Shown here piece by piece: positions 49,024 through 58,032 of a stretch of DNA of 64,000 bases; position 1 is the stretch's first letter, and each line of letters starts with the position of its first letter. Under the pieces are notes generated by a model. It did no database searches and had not been told where the DNA came from. It worked only from the letters and a program-made list of their open reading frames with translations. The stretch comes from Candidatus Latescibacterota bacterium. GTDB lineage: Bacteria > Latescibacterota > UBA2968 > UBA8231. The stretch is from contig CBDETK010000008.1 in the NCBI GenBank assembly GCA_965242865.1, positions 56,915-120,914 on the forward strand, in the 5' to 3' direction. The position numbers were made by a program, and so were the translations under genes.

Positions 49024-49379
49024 AACACAATTCACTCCTGCATCGTCAGATTCATCCGAACTGGATTGCCGAGTGCCAGATCTCTTCACAAGCATTCTTG
49101 CCTACAACTCAACACCGGGGTTGCCTCTCGGTGTATGATGGTGAAGGGATCACTGCTGGCGATGCGTACAAACACTACACAAGTCATGGTTACGCCTCGG
49201 TAGGGGTGCTATCGGTGACAGTTGACGAATGTAAGCAGCTTGATCTGTTCGTTCGAAACGATCCGTTGGAGTTCTCAGGACACCACGCAGTAATCGACTT
49301 TGAGCCGATCAAAGGATCCCGGGCAAGAAGGCGGGTTGCGAAGCAACTCAGGGACATTGCGGCGGACCGAGGCTGTTAG
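49020..49379 (+). CDS. Hypothetical protein (119 aa), translationally coupled to the upstream ORF
   Basis: ATGA overlap. MKHNSLLHRQIHPNWI...SSQAFLP...LSVYDG...GVLSVTVDEC...NDPLEFSGHHAVIDF. I recognise no family. Confidence 0.6.
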   Translation: MKHNSLLHRQIHPNWIAECQISSQAFLPTTQHRGCLSVYDGEGITAGDAYKHYTSHGYASVGVLSVTVDECKQLDLFVRNDPLEFSGHHAVIDFEPIKGSRARRRVAKQLRDIAADRGC

Positions 49380-49380
49380 C

Positions 49381-49806
49381 GCAATCTTTAAACGTCCGGT
49401 TCCTGCAATCCTTAAGTGTCCGCTTTTTCGAAGTAGCGGAGTAGCATGCCGGACCCCGTGCCACAAGGGCTGGGGCCAAGCCCACCGGCTGCAAGCAGCC
49501 GGTGGGCAGCGTTACGGCGAGCGCGCCGAGGTGCCTGGCAGGGCCGGGTACGCGTTGAGCGGCCGCGACCTGCTGTTGAATGTCTGTATGTCTTGTAGAA
49601 CACTGGCTGGTTCGGCCGCAGCCAGCTTGAAGGCCGCTCCTGCAGAAAGGACTACGGGGGTGCCTCTGTCCTCCGCGCCGCGAGGCTTCCCTTGGGCCTG
49701 ACGCGGCCCCGATGGAAGAAGCGGCCGCAGCGGTAGGGACAGCCCGGAGCCCGCCCGGCGAACCGGACATTTAAGGTTTGCCAAAAAGCGGACATTTAAG
49801 GATTGC
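49381..49806. mobile_element. MITE-like 426-bp element bounded by paired 21-24-bp repeats
   Basis: Left copies: gcaatctttaaacgtccggtt (49381-49401) and gcaatccttaagtgtccgcttttt (49405-49428). Right inverted copies: aaccggacatttaaggtttgc (49761-49781) and aaaaagcggacatttaaggattgc (49783-49806). Matches are 23/24 and 18/21. Confidence 0.4.
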
Positions 49807-49839
49807 TCCGCCCCGTTCCGCTGGCTGGCTTGACAGCGC

Positions 49840-50328
49840 ATGCTCTGCGTCCTAGACTCTGAGACCGTGAGCGACAGCACCGAGACGGTTGATCACGAAA
49901 ACGACGCCCCCCTCACATCCATCCAGGTGGAGCGGGAGTTCGCGGCGCAGCCCCGCGCGGTCTTCGATGCTTGGGTAGTGTCGGAAACGGCCAGCCGCTG
50001 GCTCTTCAGCACGGAGACGAGCGTCATGACCTGCGAGATGGATCCGCGCCCGGGCGGCGCTTACAGGATCGAGCGGAGGGAGGGAGACGAGTCGTACGTC
50101 GCCCTGGGCGAGTACCGGGAAGTCAATCCGCCCCACCGCCTCGTATTCACGTTCGGCATGCCGCAGTTCGCGCCGGGCTTCGCTACGGTCACCGTCGAAG
50201 TCGAGCCTGCGGGCGCGGGAACCCGCATGCGACTGTCCCAAGACAGCGTGCCTCCTGAGCACAAAGACGCTATCCGAGAGGGCTGGTCAGCCATGTTCGA
50301 CCTGCTCGAGCGCGCGCTCGCCGAGTGA
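49840..50328 (+). CDS. SRPBCC / AHSA1-like domain protein
   Basis: VEREFAAQPRAVFDAW...ASRWLF...GGAYRIERREGDESYVALGEYREVNPPHRLVFTF...GWSAMFDLLERAL is typical of the Aha1/START-like family. Confidence 0.8.
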   Translation: MLCVLDSETVSDSTETVDHENDAPLTSIQVEREFAAQPRAVFDAWVVSETASRWLFSTETSVMTCEMDPRPGGAYRIERREGDESYVALGEYREVNPPHRLVFTFGMPQFAPGFATVTVEVEPAGAGTRMRLSQDSVPPEHKDAIREGWSAMFDLLERALAE

Positions 50329-50387
50329 CCCGCGGCGAAGGCGCCCAAGGCAGCTGGGCCGGAGCTGCGCTCCCGGGTTACGAACGG

Positions 50388-50464
50388 TGGTAGGCGCGCC
50401 AAGACTCGAACTTGGAACCCTCTGCTCCGAAGGCAGATGCTCTATCCAATTGAGCTACGCGCCC
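50388..50464 (-). tRNA. tRNA-Arg(TCG): tRNA-Arg, anticodon TCG, CCA encoded
   Basis: The reverse complement folds: acceptor GGGCGCG/CGCGCCT (G1:U72), D arm GCTC..GAGC, anticodon stem TCTGC/GCAGA with loop CTTCGGA, T arm CCAAG-TTCGAGT-CTTGG. Confidence 0.93.
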
Positions 50465-50629
50465 TCCCTCGTACCGTTCTCATGATACGCCGCTCCGAGC
50501 GGGCCGCTCGCTTCGAGTCAAGCGTCCACAACGGATTTCGGCGACGAATTGGCGGATTGCAGCGCGACGAGTCTGCCGCCCCTCGAATCGACAGTGCTCT
50601 CCATCGGTTGAGAGCTTCCGGTCCAAGCC

Positions 50630-52474
50630 CTACGGCGCTGTTCCCTGGCCCTCTTCCAGCAGCACTTGCCGATTGACCTTGAACGGACCGAAGCTCTCGA
50701 CCAGTCCGCTGGGCCAGCGGGCTTCCACACGGCGGATTTCTTCCGCGCTCCCCACTCCGAAATGCAGCCGCATGTCGTTGTGCGACATGTAGCTGCCGCC
50801 GCTGCGCACCTCGTCCGCTTGGCGCATATCTCCGGACTCGACCACGACCCGCGCCCCAATGCCGTTGCGGTTCGACTGCGTCCCCTGCACGGCGATGCGG
50901 ATCCAGTTCCCGCCCGCGCCTTCGTTTCGCAGCAGGTTCGGGCGGCCATCCAGATTGTTCACGACCACTTCCACGGATCCGTCATTGTCCAGGTCGCCGA
51001 ATGCCGCGCCCCGCGCCGCTGTCCTTTCGACGATACCCGGGCCCGCCTGCGCGGACATATCGATGAACGCTCCGTTGCGAATGTTCCAATACACCAATCG
51101 CGGCTGCCGGTACCGGCTGGCCGACTCCAGCGTGTCGATCGTGGGGTATACGTGACCGTTGACGATGAACACGTCCTTCCAGCCGTCGCGATCCATGTCG
51201 ATGAAGCCGACGCCCCAGCCCACGGAATTGGTGTCGACCCCGAGCCCCGCGCGGTAAGAGACCTCCGTGAAGAATCCCCGGCCCTCGTTGCGGTATAGCG
51301 AGGGCACGTCGTCGGAGAAGTTCGTCTTGACGATATCCACGCGACCGTCATGGTTGAAATCCGCCGCTGCCACGCCCATGCCCGCCTGCTCCTTGCCGTT
51401 CTCGTTCAGCGCCGTGCCCGACAGCAAGCCCACATCCTCGAACGTCCCGTCGCGCTGGTTGTGGAAGAGCATGCTGGGCGTCGAGTCGGCCGCGATATAG
51501 ATGTCCGTCCAGCCGTCATCGTCGAAGTCCAGCGTGAGCACGCCCAAGGCGTAGCGGTCGGTAGCGTGCGCAATACCGCTAGGCACCGAGACATCCTCGA
51601 AGCGTCCCTCTCCCGTGTTGCGCCAGAGACGGCTAGTCTCGGGCGGCAAGCCGCGGGGTCCGCACAGAACCGCGAGGCCCTTGAATCGGCAGAAGTTGCT
51701 CTCGCCGGGAGTCGGGGTCGTGTCCAGATCGAGAGCGACGTAATGCGCGACGACCATGTCCAGCCAGCCGTCGCGGTCGTAATCGAGAAACGCGCAGCCG
51801 GTTCCCCAACGCTGTCCGGCCGTCGGAAGCCCCGTCGCTTCCGTGACGTCGGCGAACCGACGTCCCTCGAGGTTGCGGTACAGCCGGTGCGGGCCGTATT
51901 GAGTGACCAGCAGGTCGTCGAAGCCATCGTTGTCGTAATCGCCGACGCAGACGCCCTGTCCCCAGCCGCTTCGGTCTAGTCCGACAGTCTCGGTGACATC
52001 CTCGAAGCGCAGGTCGCCTAAATTGCGGAACAAGCGGCTGGTGGGCACTGCCTGCGTCTCGTCCGCGTCCCAGCGCCGCCCGTTGACGAAGAACACGTCT
52101 GCGAGACCGTCCCGGTCGTAATCGAAGATGGCCGCGCCGCCGCCCGTCGTCTCGAGGATGTAGCGCTTCTCCATCGGATCCCCGAGCACGTGGCGAAAGT
52201 CCAAGCCGGCCTCCGCGGCGACATCCTCGAAGTGAATTCGGGGCGGAGGCAGATCCGTTTTCGCGAGCGGAGAGCCCCGTGCGGTGCGTCCGGCTACGGC
52301 TACCCCTTGGGCCGTCAGGGCGACTGGCAGCGCCAAGCTCATGGCGGCGAGCACGGCCACTTGGCTGGGGAGCGACACGCCGACCATTGCGCGTGGGCAT
52401 TCTCGCATAGCCGCTCCAGTTCGTACGAGGCCAGCCCGCATCGCGAGTGGCGACCTACCTTGGCGGCATTGCAC
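50630..52474 (-). CDS. CRTAC1-family protein (FG-GAP/VCBS repeats + ASPIC/UnbV C-terminal domain)
   Basis: Multiple D.D.DG..D repeats. C-terminal NRNGIGARVVVESG...VRSGGSYMSHNDMRLHFGVG...VEARWPSG. The true start is probably an internal Met (MRECP or MVGVSL). Confidence 0.85.
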   Translation of the reverse strand: MQCRQGRSPLAMRAGLVRTGAAMRECPRAMVGVSLPSQVAVLAAMSLALPVALTAQGVAVAGRTARGSPLAKTDLPPPRIHFEDVAAEAGLDFRHVLGDPMEKRYILETTGGGAAIFDYDRDGLADVFFVNGRRWDADETQAVPTSRLFRNLGDLRFEDVTETVGLDRSGWGQGVCVGDYDNDGFDDLLVTQYGPHRLYRNLEGRRFADVTEATGLPTAGQRWGTGCAFLDYDRDGWLDMVVAHYVALDLDTTPTPGESNFCRFKGLAVLCGPRGLPPETSRLWRNTGEGRFEDVSVPSGIAHATDRYALGVLTLDFDDDGWTDIYIAADSTPSMLFHNQRDGTFEDVGLLSGTALNENGKEQAGMGVAAADFNHDGRVDIVKTNFSDDVPSLYRNEGRGFFTEVSYRAGLGVDTNSVGWGVGFIDMDRDGWKDVFIVNGHVYPTIDTLESASRYRQPRLVYWNIRNGAFIDMSAQAGPGIVERTAARGAAFGDLDNDGSVEVVVNNLDGRPNLLRNEGAGGNWIRIAVQGTQSNRNGIGARVVVESGDMRQADEVRSGGSYMSHNDMRLHFGVGSAEEIRRVEARWPSGLVESFGPFKVNRQVLLEEGQGTAP

Positions 52475-52504
52475 TTGTGGCGGCGGGCGGATAGCCTATG
52501 GGCC

Positions 52505-54130
52505 ATGCGGGGCGGTCCATGCATTGCGCTCGCTTGGGCGATCTGCGCTGTCGCGACCATGCCAGCGCTGTCCGCCGAAGCGGACGCCTGCGGGCAGTGC
52601 CATCCGCAGGAGGTTGCCGGATACCTCGAGACTGGCATGGGCCGCTCCATCGCACGTCACGCCGAGCAACCGCCCGGCGCGTTCGAGCATGCGGTCTCGG
52701 GATCCTCCTTCGATGTCGCGCGCTCGGACGCCGGCATGATCCAGCGGATCGAGCGCGACGGTCTCACCGCCGCCTATCCGGTCGAGTACGTGATCGGCTC
52801 CGGGAACGCAGCATTCGGGTACCTGATCCGGGTCGACCAAGCGGTTTACCAATCTCCGATCGCCTACTACGCCAAGCGGTCTCGCTGGGGCATGGCTCCC
52901 GGGTACGAGGAGCATCCGGCACCCGACTTTGATCGGCCCGTCCTGCCCGAATGCCTCTGGTGCCATGTCGATCAGCCGCAAGCCGTGCCGCTGAGCCAGA
53001 ACAGCTACGCGGGAGCGGACCTCGGGCTAGAGCCGATTTCTTGTGCGCGCTGCCACGGCGACGGTGCTGCCCACCTTGCCAAGCCGTCCGCCGAAACCAT
53101 TGTCAATCCCGCCAAGCTGCAGCCGGTCGAACGTGACAGCGTGTGCGAGCAGTGCCACCTCAGCGGCGAGCTCAGGGTGCTCAATACCGGCAAGACCTTC
53201 GGTGACTTCCGGCCCGGCATGCGTCTGGAGGATGTCTTCTCGGTCTATGTCGGCGATTTCGGCGACAACTCCCCGGGGCGGTTCAAGGTTGTCAGCCACG
53301 TGGAGCAGCTGCAGCTCAGCGCCTGCTACCGCCAATCGAACGGTTCCATGTGGTGCGGGACCTGCCACAACCCTCACGAGAAACCGACGGAGCCTGTGTC
53401 TTACTACAGATCCCGATGCCTGGATTGCCACGAGGGGACGCTGCCCGCCGGACATGTCGAGCCCGCCGCCGATTGCGTCTCCTGCCATATGGCTCGCCGT
53501 GCATCGCACGACAGCGGCCATAGCGCGTTCACGGACCACCTCATCGCCGCGCGGCCGAGCGCCGGGGAGGATCCCCAGCGACCAGCGCAACGCATCCGAG
53601 CGTGGCGGGAATCAAGAGACGCGGAACTCGCCCAGCGGAATCTCGGGATGGCCTATATCGATCTCGGTCGTCGGCGAGAGCGGACGGAACTCTTGGACGA
53701 GGGAGCTTCCCTGCTGGCCCGGCTCGCGCAAGCCGGATCCTTGGACTCCGCCGGGCTAGCGGAGCTGGGCGGGGTGCTGATCGCGAAGGAAGCGCCGCCG
53801 GAAGCGGGCTTCAAGCCGCTCGCCGTGCAATTGCTGCGCGATGCGTTGGAACTGGCACCCGCGCATCCCGCGCGCCACCGCGCACTCGCGGCGGCGCTCT
53901 GGGATACGGGTGACCGCGAGCAGTCGATTGAACTTCTCGAGCGGGCGATCCGGCTCGATCCGCAAGTCAAGGCGGCGTATCAGGTGCTCGCTCGCATCTA
54001 CCGGGAGTCCGGCGAACCCGATGCCGCCGCCGCGATCTGGAACCGGTACCTCGATCTGGTTCCGCAGAGTCTCGCGGCCCGGCGCGAGCGACGGACCCTG
54101 CAGCGGCCCCTTTCGCTCGACGGCTTGTAG
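52505..54130 (+). CDS. Multiheme c-type cytochrome (7 CxxCH) fused to C-terminal TPR repeats
   Basis: Signal peptide. CGQCH, CLWCH, CARCH, CEQCH, CGTCH, CLDCH, CVSCH between 52589 and 53488. TPR-like helices from about 53600. ATG 52505 preferred over 52190. Confidence 0.8.
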   Translation: MRGGPCIALAWAICAVATMPALSAEADACGQCHPQEVAGYLETGMGRSIARHAEQPPGAFEHAVSGSSFDVARSDAGMIQRIERDGLTAAYPVEYVIGSGNAAFGYLIRVDQAVYQSPIAYYAKRSRWGMAPGYEEHPAPDFDRPVLPECLWCHVDQPQAVPLSQNSYAGADLGLEPISCARCHGDGAAHLAKPSAETIVNPAKLQPVERDSVCEQCHLSGELRVLNTGKTFGDFRPGMRLEDVFSVYVGDFGDNSPGRFKVVSHVEQLQLSACYRQSNGSMWCGTCHNPHEKPTEPVSYYRSRCLDCHEGTLPAGHVEPAADCVSCHMARRASHDSGHSAFTDHLIAARPSAGEDPQRPAQRIRAWRESRDAELAQRNLGMAYIDLGRRRERTELLDEGASLLARLAQAGSLDSAGLAELGGVLIAKEAPPEAGFKPLAVQLLRDALELAPAHPARHRALAAALWDTGDREQSIELLERAIRLDPQVKAAYQVLARIYRESGEPDAAAAIWNRYLDLVPQSLAARRERRTLQRPLSLDGL

Positions 54131-54280
54131 GGCGTCCGACCGCGCGTCGAGTCGCAGGTTTTGGTGCCATACCGGCGATTGCCGCCCGTATGGCGCCGAA
54201 TTCGCGTCCACGGCGTACCTGCCGCTTGCGAGACGTGATACAGTACCCGTGCCATCACGGCCCATGAAGGAGGTCAGAGA

Positions 54281-57200
54281 ATGCGTCCATTCCGGAACTT
54301 GGTAACTGTCGCGACACTGGTCCTGTCGCTGGCCATCGCGCCAGCTGCATTCGGGCAGGCCGTGAGCGGCACGATCACGGGCGTGGTCACGGACCCGACG
54401 GACGCCGCGATCGCGGGAGCGGGTGTCACGATCACCAACGTCGGCACGGGGATCGAGACGAGCCGCGAGACGGACGAGTCGGGCCGCTACATCAACACGA
54501 ACCTGCCGCCAGGCACGTACATCGTGGCCGTCGAGGCGGCGGGCTTCCAGCGCTACGTCCAAGAGAACGTGGTGCTCCGCGTCGACCAGACGGTGCGCGT
54601 GGACCCCGTGCTCGAGCTGGGCGCGGTGACGGAGCAAGTCGTCGTCAACGCCGCGCCACCGATGCTCAAGAGCGAGAAGACGGACGTCGGATCGTATATC
54701 CCCGAGAACCAGCTGCAGGCCGTGCCCACCTTCGGGAACAACCTCAGCAAGCTCTACAACACGGTTCCCGGCGTCATCCAGAACTTCTTCCAGATCGGCA
54801 TCGGCGAGAACCCTTCGGAATTCAACGGCACCTTGGTCAACGGGCAGTTCTTCGGCAACAGCGAGTACGAGGTCGACGGCATTACCAACACGGCTTACGG
54901 CTTCAGCGGCTTCCAGATCATCGTGCCCAACAAGGACTCCGTGTCGGAACTGAAGATCACGACCGCTTCGTTTGACCCCGAGTTCGGCTCCTCGGCGGGC
55001 ATGGTGGCGCAGTACGTGACCAAGTCCGGTACCAACGAGTTGCACGGCTCGGCCTTCTGGTTCAACCGCAACGATTCCACGTTCGCGGCGGATCCTTTCA
55101 CCGAGAAAGTCGCGGGCACCGGCCCCAATGGCACGGGGACCGGGCCGGCGCCATTCAAGTGGAACCAGTTCGGCGGCAGCGTCGGCGGTCCGATCGCGAG
55201 GAACCGGGTCTTCTGGTTCACGGATTATCAAGGCGTGGAGGCTTCGCAGGGAGCCCAGCTGACCGCGACCGTGCCGAACGACGCGTTCCGCGAGGGCGAC
55301 TTCAGCGCGTGGCCGGGTAATCCCGTCTTCGACCCCGCCAGCGGCGTGACCGGCGGCGGGACGGGGCGCAGCCAGTTCACCAACAACCGGATCCCCGCCT
55401 CGCGCGTCAATCCAGTCGCGACCAACCTCTTGGCACTCCTCCCGCGCGCGAATCTGAATCAGGACACCCAGCAGAACTTCAACGCCGGCGACAGCGTGAC
55501 CAACTCGTCGAAGCAGTGGGATGTCCGCGTCGATTCGTCGGTGGGCAATTCGGGCATGGCCTTCGCCCGGTACACGCTGGCGCAGGTGTTCCTCGACAAT
55601 CCGCCGCTATTCGGCGCGGCGGCTGGCGGTCCGGCGGTCGGCGGCCTGAGTCCGCAGACGGGCGACTTCCGCATGCAGCACCTGTCGACCAACTACACCC
55701 ACACGTTCTCGCCGACATTCCTGACCGAGGTGCGGGCCGGATTCTCCCGGTTCCGCCTGGACGGATACCAGTACGACGCGGGCCTGTCCACGAATACCGA
55801 TGTCGGCATCCCGAACATCAACACCGACGACAGGCTGACGCAAGGGCTGGCGGGAATCGATGTTTCCGGCCCGGTCGGAGGCTGGTCGATGGGCATCCTC
55901 AGCGGCGTCGGCATCCCGCGCTTGGATCGCACCACGACGCCCCAGTTCGTGAGCAACTCGACCCTGATCAAGGGCAGCCATCAATTCCGGTTCGGCGCGG
56001 ACATCCGATACACGTCGTTCGACTTCATCGCCGCCAACTTCAGCTCGCGCGGCAACTTCCGATTCGGGAATCGCTTGACCGGCAGCCAGGAACTCGAGGA
56101 GCAGTCGATCCCGAGCGGACTGGGCATGGCTTCGTTCCTGATGGGTCTCCCGGACAACTTCAATCGCGTCGTTTTCGAGGACTACACGAAGGAGCGCGGG
56201 TGGCGCACCTCGCTGTACTGGCAGGACACGTGGCGGATCAACGCGCGGCTGACCTTCAATTTCGGGCTGCGGTACGACTTCGTCGGACCCGTACACCCGG
56301 CGGATGCCGGCGGGATCGCGAACTTCGATCCGAACACCGGTGACATCCTGCTGGCCGGACTGGGGGACATCGACATGCGTGCCGGCGTCCGCCCGGACTG
56401 GAACAACATCGCGCCGCGCGGCGGACTGGCTTACAAGCTGACCGACAAGACCGTGATCCGCACGGGATTCGGGCGCAGCTACTTCGCCTCCAACTACGGC
56501 GGGCTGTTCTACGCGATGACGAACCTGTATCCCATCACGGCCCAGCAAGAGGAGCAGGCTCGCAACAACTACGTGCCGGTCTTCCCGATCGAGCAGGGCC
56601 CGCCGCCGTCGCCGCCGCTGCAACTGCCCGACTCGGGCAGGCTCAAGGCGCCCGAGGGGGTCTTGCTCCGGTATCGTCCGGAGGACAACGCCACCGAGTA
56701 CATCGACTCGTGGAACTTCTTCCTCGAAAACCAATTCGCCCAGGACTGGAAGGTGTCGATCGGCTACGTGGGCAGCGTCGGGCGGAAACTGTGGTGGAAC
56801 CACAACATGAACGCCGCTCCCGCCAGCACCGATCCGGACATCGCCTCGCGACGGCCGCTCTTCCAGTCCATCGGGTACGGCTCGCGCGTCAGCAACGGCT
56901 GCAATTGCGCGAGCTCGCACTACTCGGCGCTGCAGTTCGTCATCGAGAAGCGCTACTCGAAGGGCTACTCGATCAACTCCTCGTTCACGTGGGCGAAGGC
57001 GCTGGACGGGCAGCTCGGCGGCTTCGGCTGGGGCGATCAGGGAGCGAACCCTCACGATCGCAAGGGCGGCTACGGCATTTCGCCGTACAACCGCGCCGTG
57101 GTCTGGGTGCTGTCGCACAACTGGGAACTGCCGTTCGGCAAGGGCCGCCGGTTCGCTAGCAGCGCGAGCACGGCGCTAGACGCCATCATCGGCGGCTGGC

Positions 57201-57652
57201 AGTTCAACGGGGTGACGACCCTCGAAACGGGTTTCGCGTTCTCGCCGACCGGCACGAACACGACCCACAACGGGGAATTCGGGAACCGGCCGGATCGCAT
57301 CGGCGACGGGAGCCTGGACAACCCGACACGGCAGCGATGGTTCGATGTGGGCGCGTTCACGAGCGGGCAGTACGGGATCTGGGGCAATGCGGGGCGAGGC
57401 ATCCTGCGCGGTCCGCCCTTGGTGGGCACGGACTGGTCGTTCTGGAAGGAGTTCCGGTTCAAGGAGGACTACCGCCTGCAGGTGCGGTGGGAGAACTTCA
57501 ACATGATCAACTACACCAACCTCGGTCCGCCGGTCAGCAACATCACCGCGCCCAACGCGGGCTCGATCAACGGACTGGCAGGCTCGACCAGCGTGAACCC
57601 GGTCACCGTGCCGATGCGCCGGATGCAATTCGGGCTCCGGTTCGTGTTCTAG
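54281..57652 (+). CDS. TonB-dependent receptor with carboxypeptidase-regulatory-like N-domain (1123 aa)
   Basis: Signal peptide. ITGVVTDPTDAAIAGAGVTITN...DESGRY...PGTY. Plug and 22-strand-sized barrel. Terminal ...FGLRFVF. Confidence 0.9.
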   Translation: MRPFRNLVTVATLVLSLAIAPAAFGQAVSGTITGVVTDPTDAAIAGAGVTITNVGTGIETSRETDESGRYINTNLPPGTYIVAVEAAGFQRYVQENVVLRVDQTVRVDPVLELGAVTEQVVVNAAPPMLKSEKTDVGSYIPENQLQAVPTFGNNLSKLYNTVPGVIQNFFQIGIGENPSEFNGTLVNGQFFGNSEYEVDGITNTAYGFSGFQIIVPNKDSVSELKITTASFDPEFGSSAGMVAQYVTKSGTNELHGSAFWFNRNDSTFAADPFTEKVAGTGPNGTGTGPAPFKWNQFGGSVGGPIARNRVFWFTDYQGVEASQGAQLTATVPNDAFREGDFSAWPGNPVFDPASGVTGGGTGRSQFTNNRIPASRVNPVATNLLALLPRANLNQDTQQNFNAGDSVTNSSKQWDVRVDSSVGNSGMAFARYTLAQVFLDNPPLFGAAAGGPAVGGLSPQTGDFRMQHLSTNYTHTFSPTFLTEVRAGFSRFRLDGYQYDAGLSTNTDVGIPNINTDDRLTQGLAGIDVSGPVGGWSMGILSGVGIPRLDRTTTPQFVSNSTLIKGSHQFRFGADIRYTSFDFIAANFSSRGNFRFGNRLTGSQELEEQSIPSGLGMASFLMGLPDNFNRVVFEDYTKERGWRTSLYWQDTWRINARLTFNFGLRYDFVGPVHPADAGGIANFDPNTGDILLAGLGDIDMRAGVRPDWNNIAPRGGLAYKLTDKTVIRTGFGRSYFASNYGGLFYAMTNLYPITAQQEEQARNNYVPVFPIEQGPPPSPPLQLPDSGRLKAPEGVLLRYRPEDNATEYIDSWNFFLENQFAQDWKVSIGYVGSVGRKLWWNHNMNAAPASTDPDIASRRPLFQSIGYGSRVSNGCNCASSHYSALQFVIEKRYSKGYSINSSFTWAKALDGQLGGFGWGDQGANPHDRKGGYGISPYNRAVVWVLSHNWELPFGKGRRFASSASTALDAIIGGWQFNGVTTLETGFAFSPTGTNTTHNGEFGNRPDRIGDGSLDNPTRQRWFDVGAFTSGQYGIWGNAGRGILRGPPLVGTDWSFWKEFRFKEDYRLQVRWENFNMINYTNLGPPVSNITAPNAGSINGLAGSTSVNPVTVPMRRMQFGLRFVF

Positions 57653-57689
57653 GCGAAGCCCTTGCGGGCGCTGTCCGCAGGGGCTTCGC
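57653..57689 (+). terminator. 15-bp GC-rich hairpin directly after the receptor stop codon
   Basis: gcgaagcccttgcgg-gcgctgt-ccgcaggggcttcgc with one G:U pair. No clear U-tract. Confidence 0.45.
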
Positions 57690-57978
57690 GGATCTTCGCC
57701 CGGGCGGCGATTGTCGCTGCCCGGCTTCTCAGTGCCCGAGGCTGGTTCCGCAAGCGAGTTGGTGCGGATTGCGGTGATAGTCGGGGATTAGCGGATTCCT
57801 CGCCAGTGCCTCCGGCTTCCGGCTACACGCTCACCGTCGGAGCAGGTCCTGACCCCGGTGGCAGGGCGGTTACTCGCACACACCGAAAGACAGGACCAGC
57901 GCAACGCATCTCAGCGCATCTTCAAGTCCACCTCGAAAGACTCGTTCTCGTGATGTCCACCCCTATCATCGTCTTGAG

Positions 57979-58008
57979 TTGACAGCTCTTGCCTGCGTGT
58001 TTTATTCT
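57979..58008 (+). promoter_or_regulatory. Sigma70-like promoter of the Panacea-domain gene
   Basis: TTGACA (57979-57984), 18-nt spacer, TATTCT (58003-58008). The track's TTG start codon is this -35 box. Confidence 0.3.
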
Positions 58009-58032
58009 ATAGCAAGAGTGGGCGAGGGAAGT

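Noticed and set aside
54131-54280. Possible cobalamin or other riboswitch upstream of the TonB-dependent receptor
   Set aside because: I could not find a B12 box (GCCACTG-like) or other recognisable conserved riboswitch core in the 150-nt leader.
53756-57118. ORFs 53756..55231(-) and 55607..57118(-)
   Set aside because: Antisense shadows spanning the cytochrome-TPR and TonB-receptor genes. The first even crosses an intergenic region.
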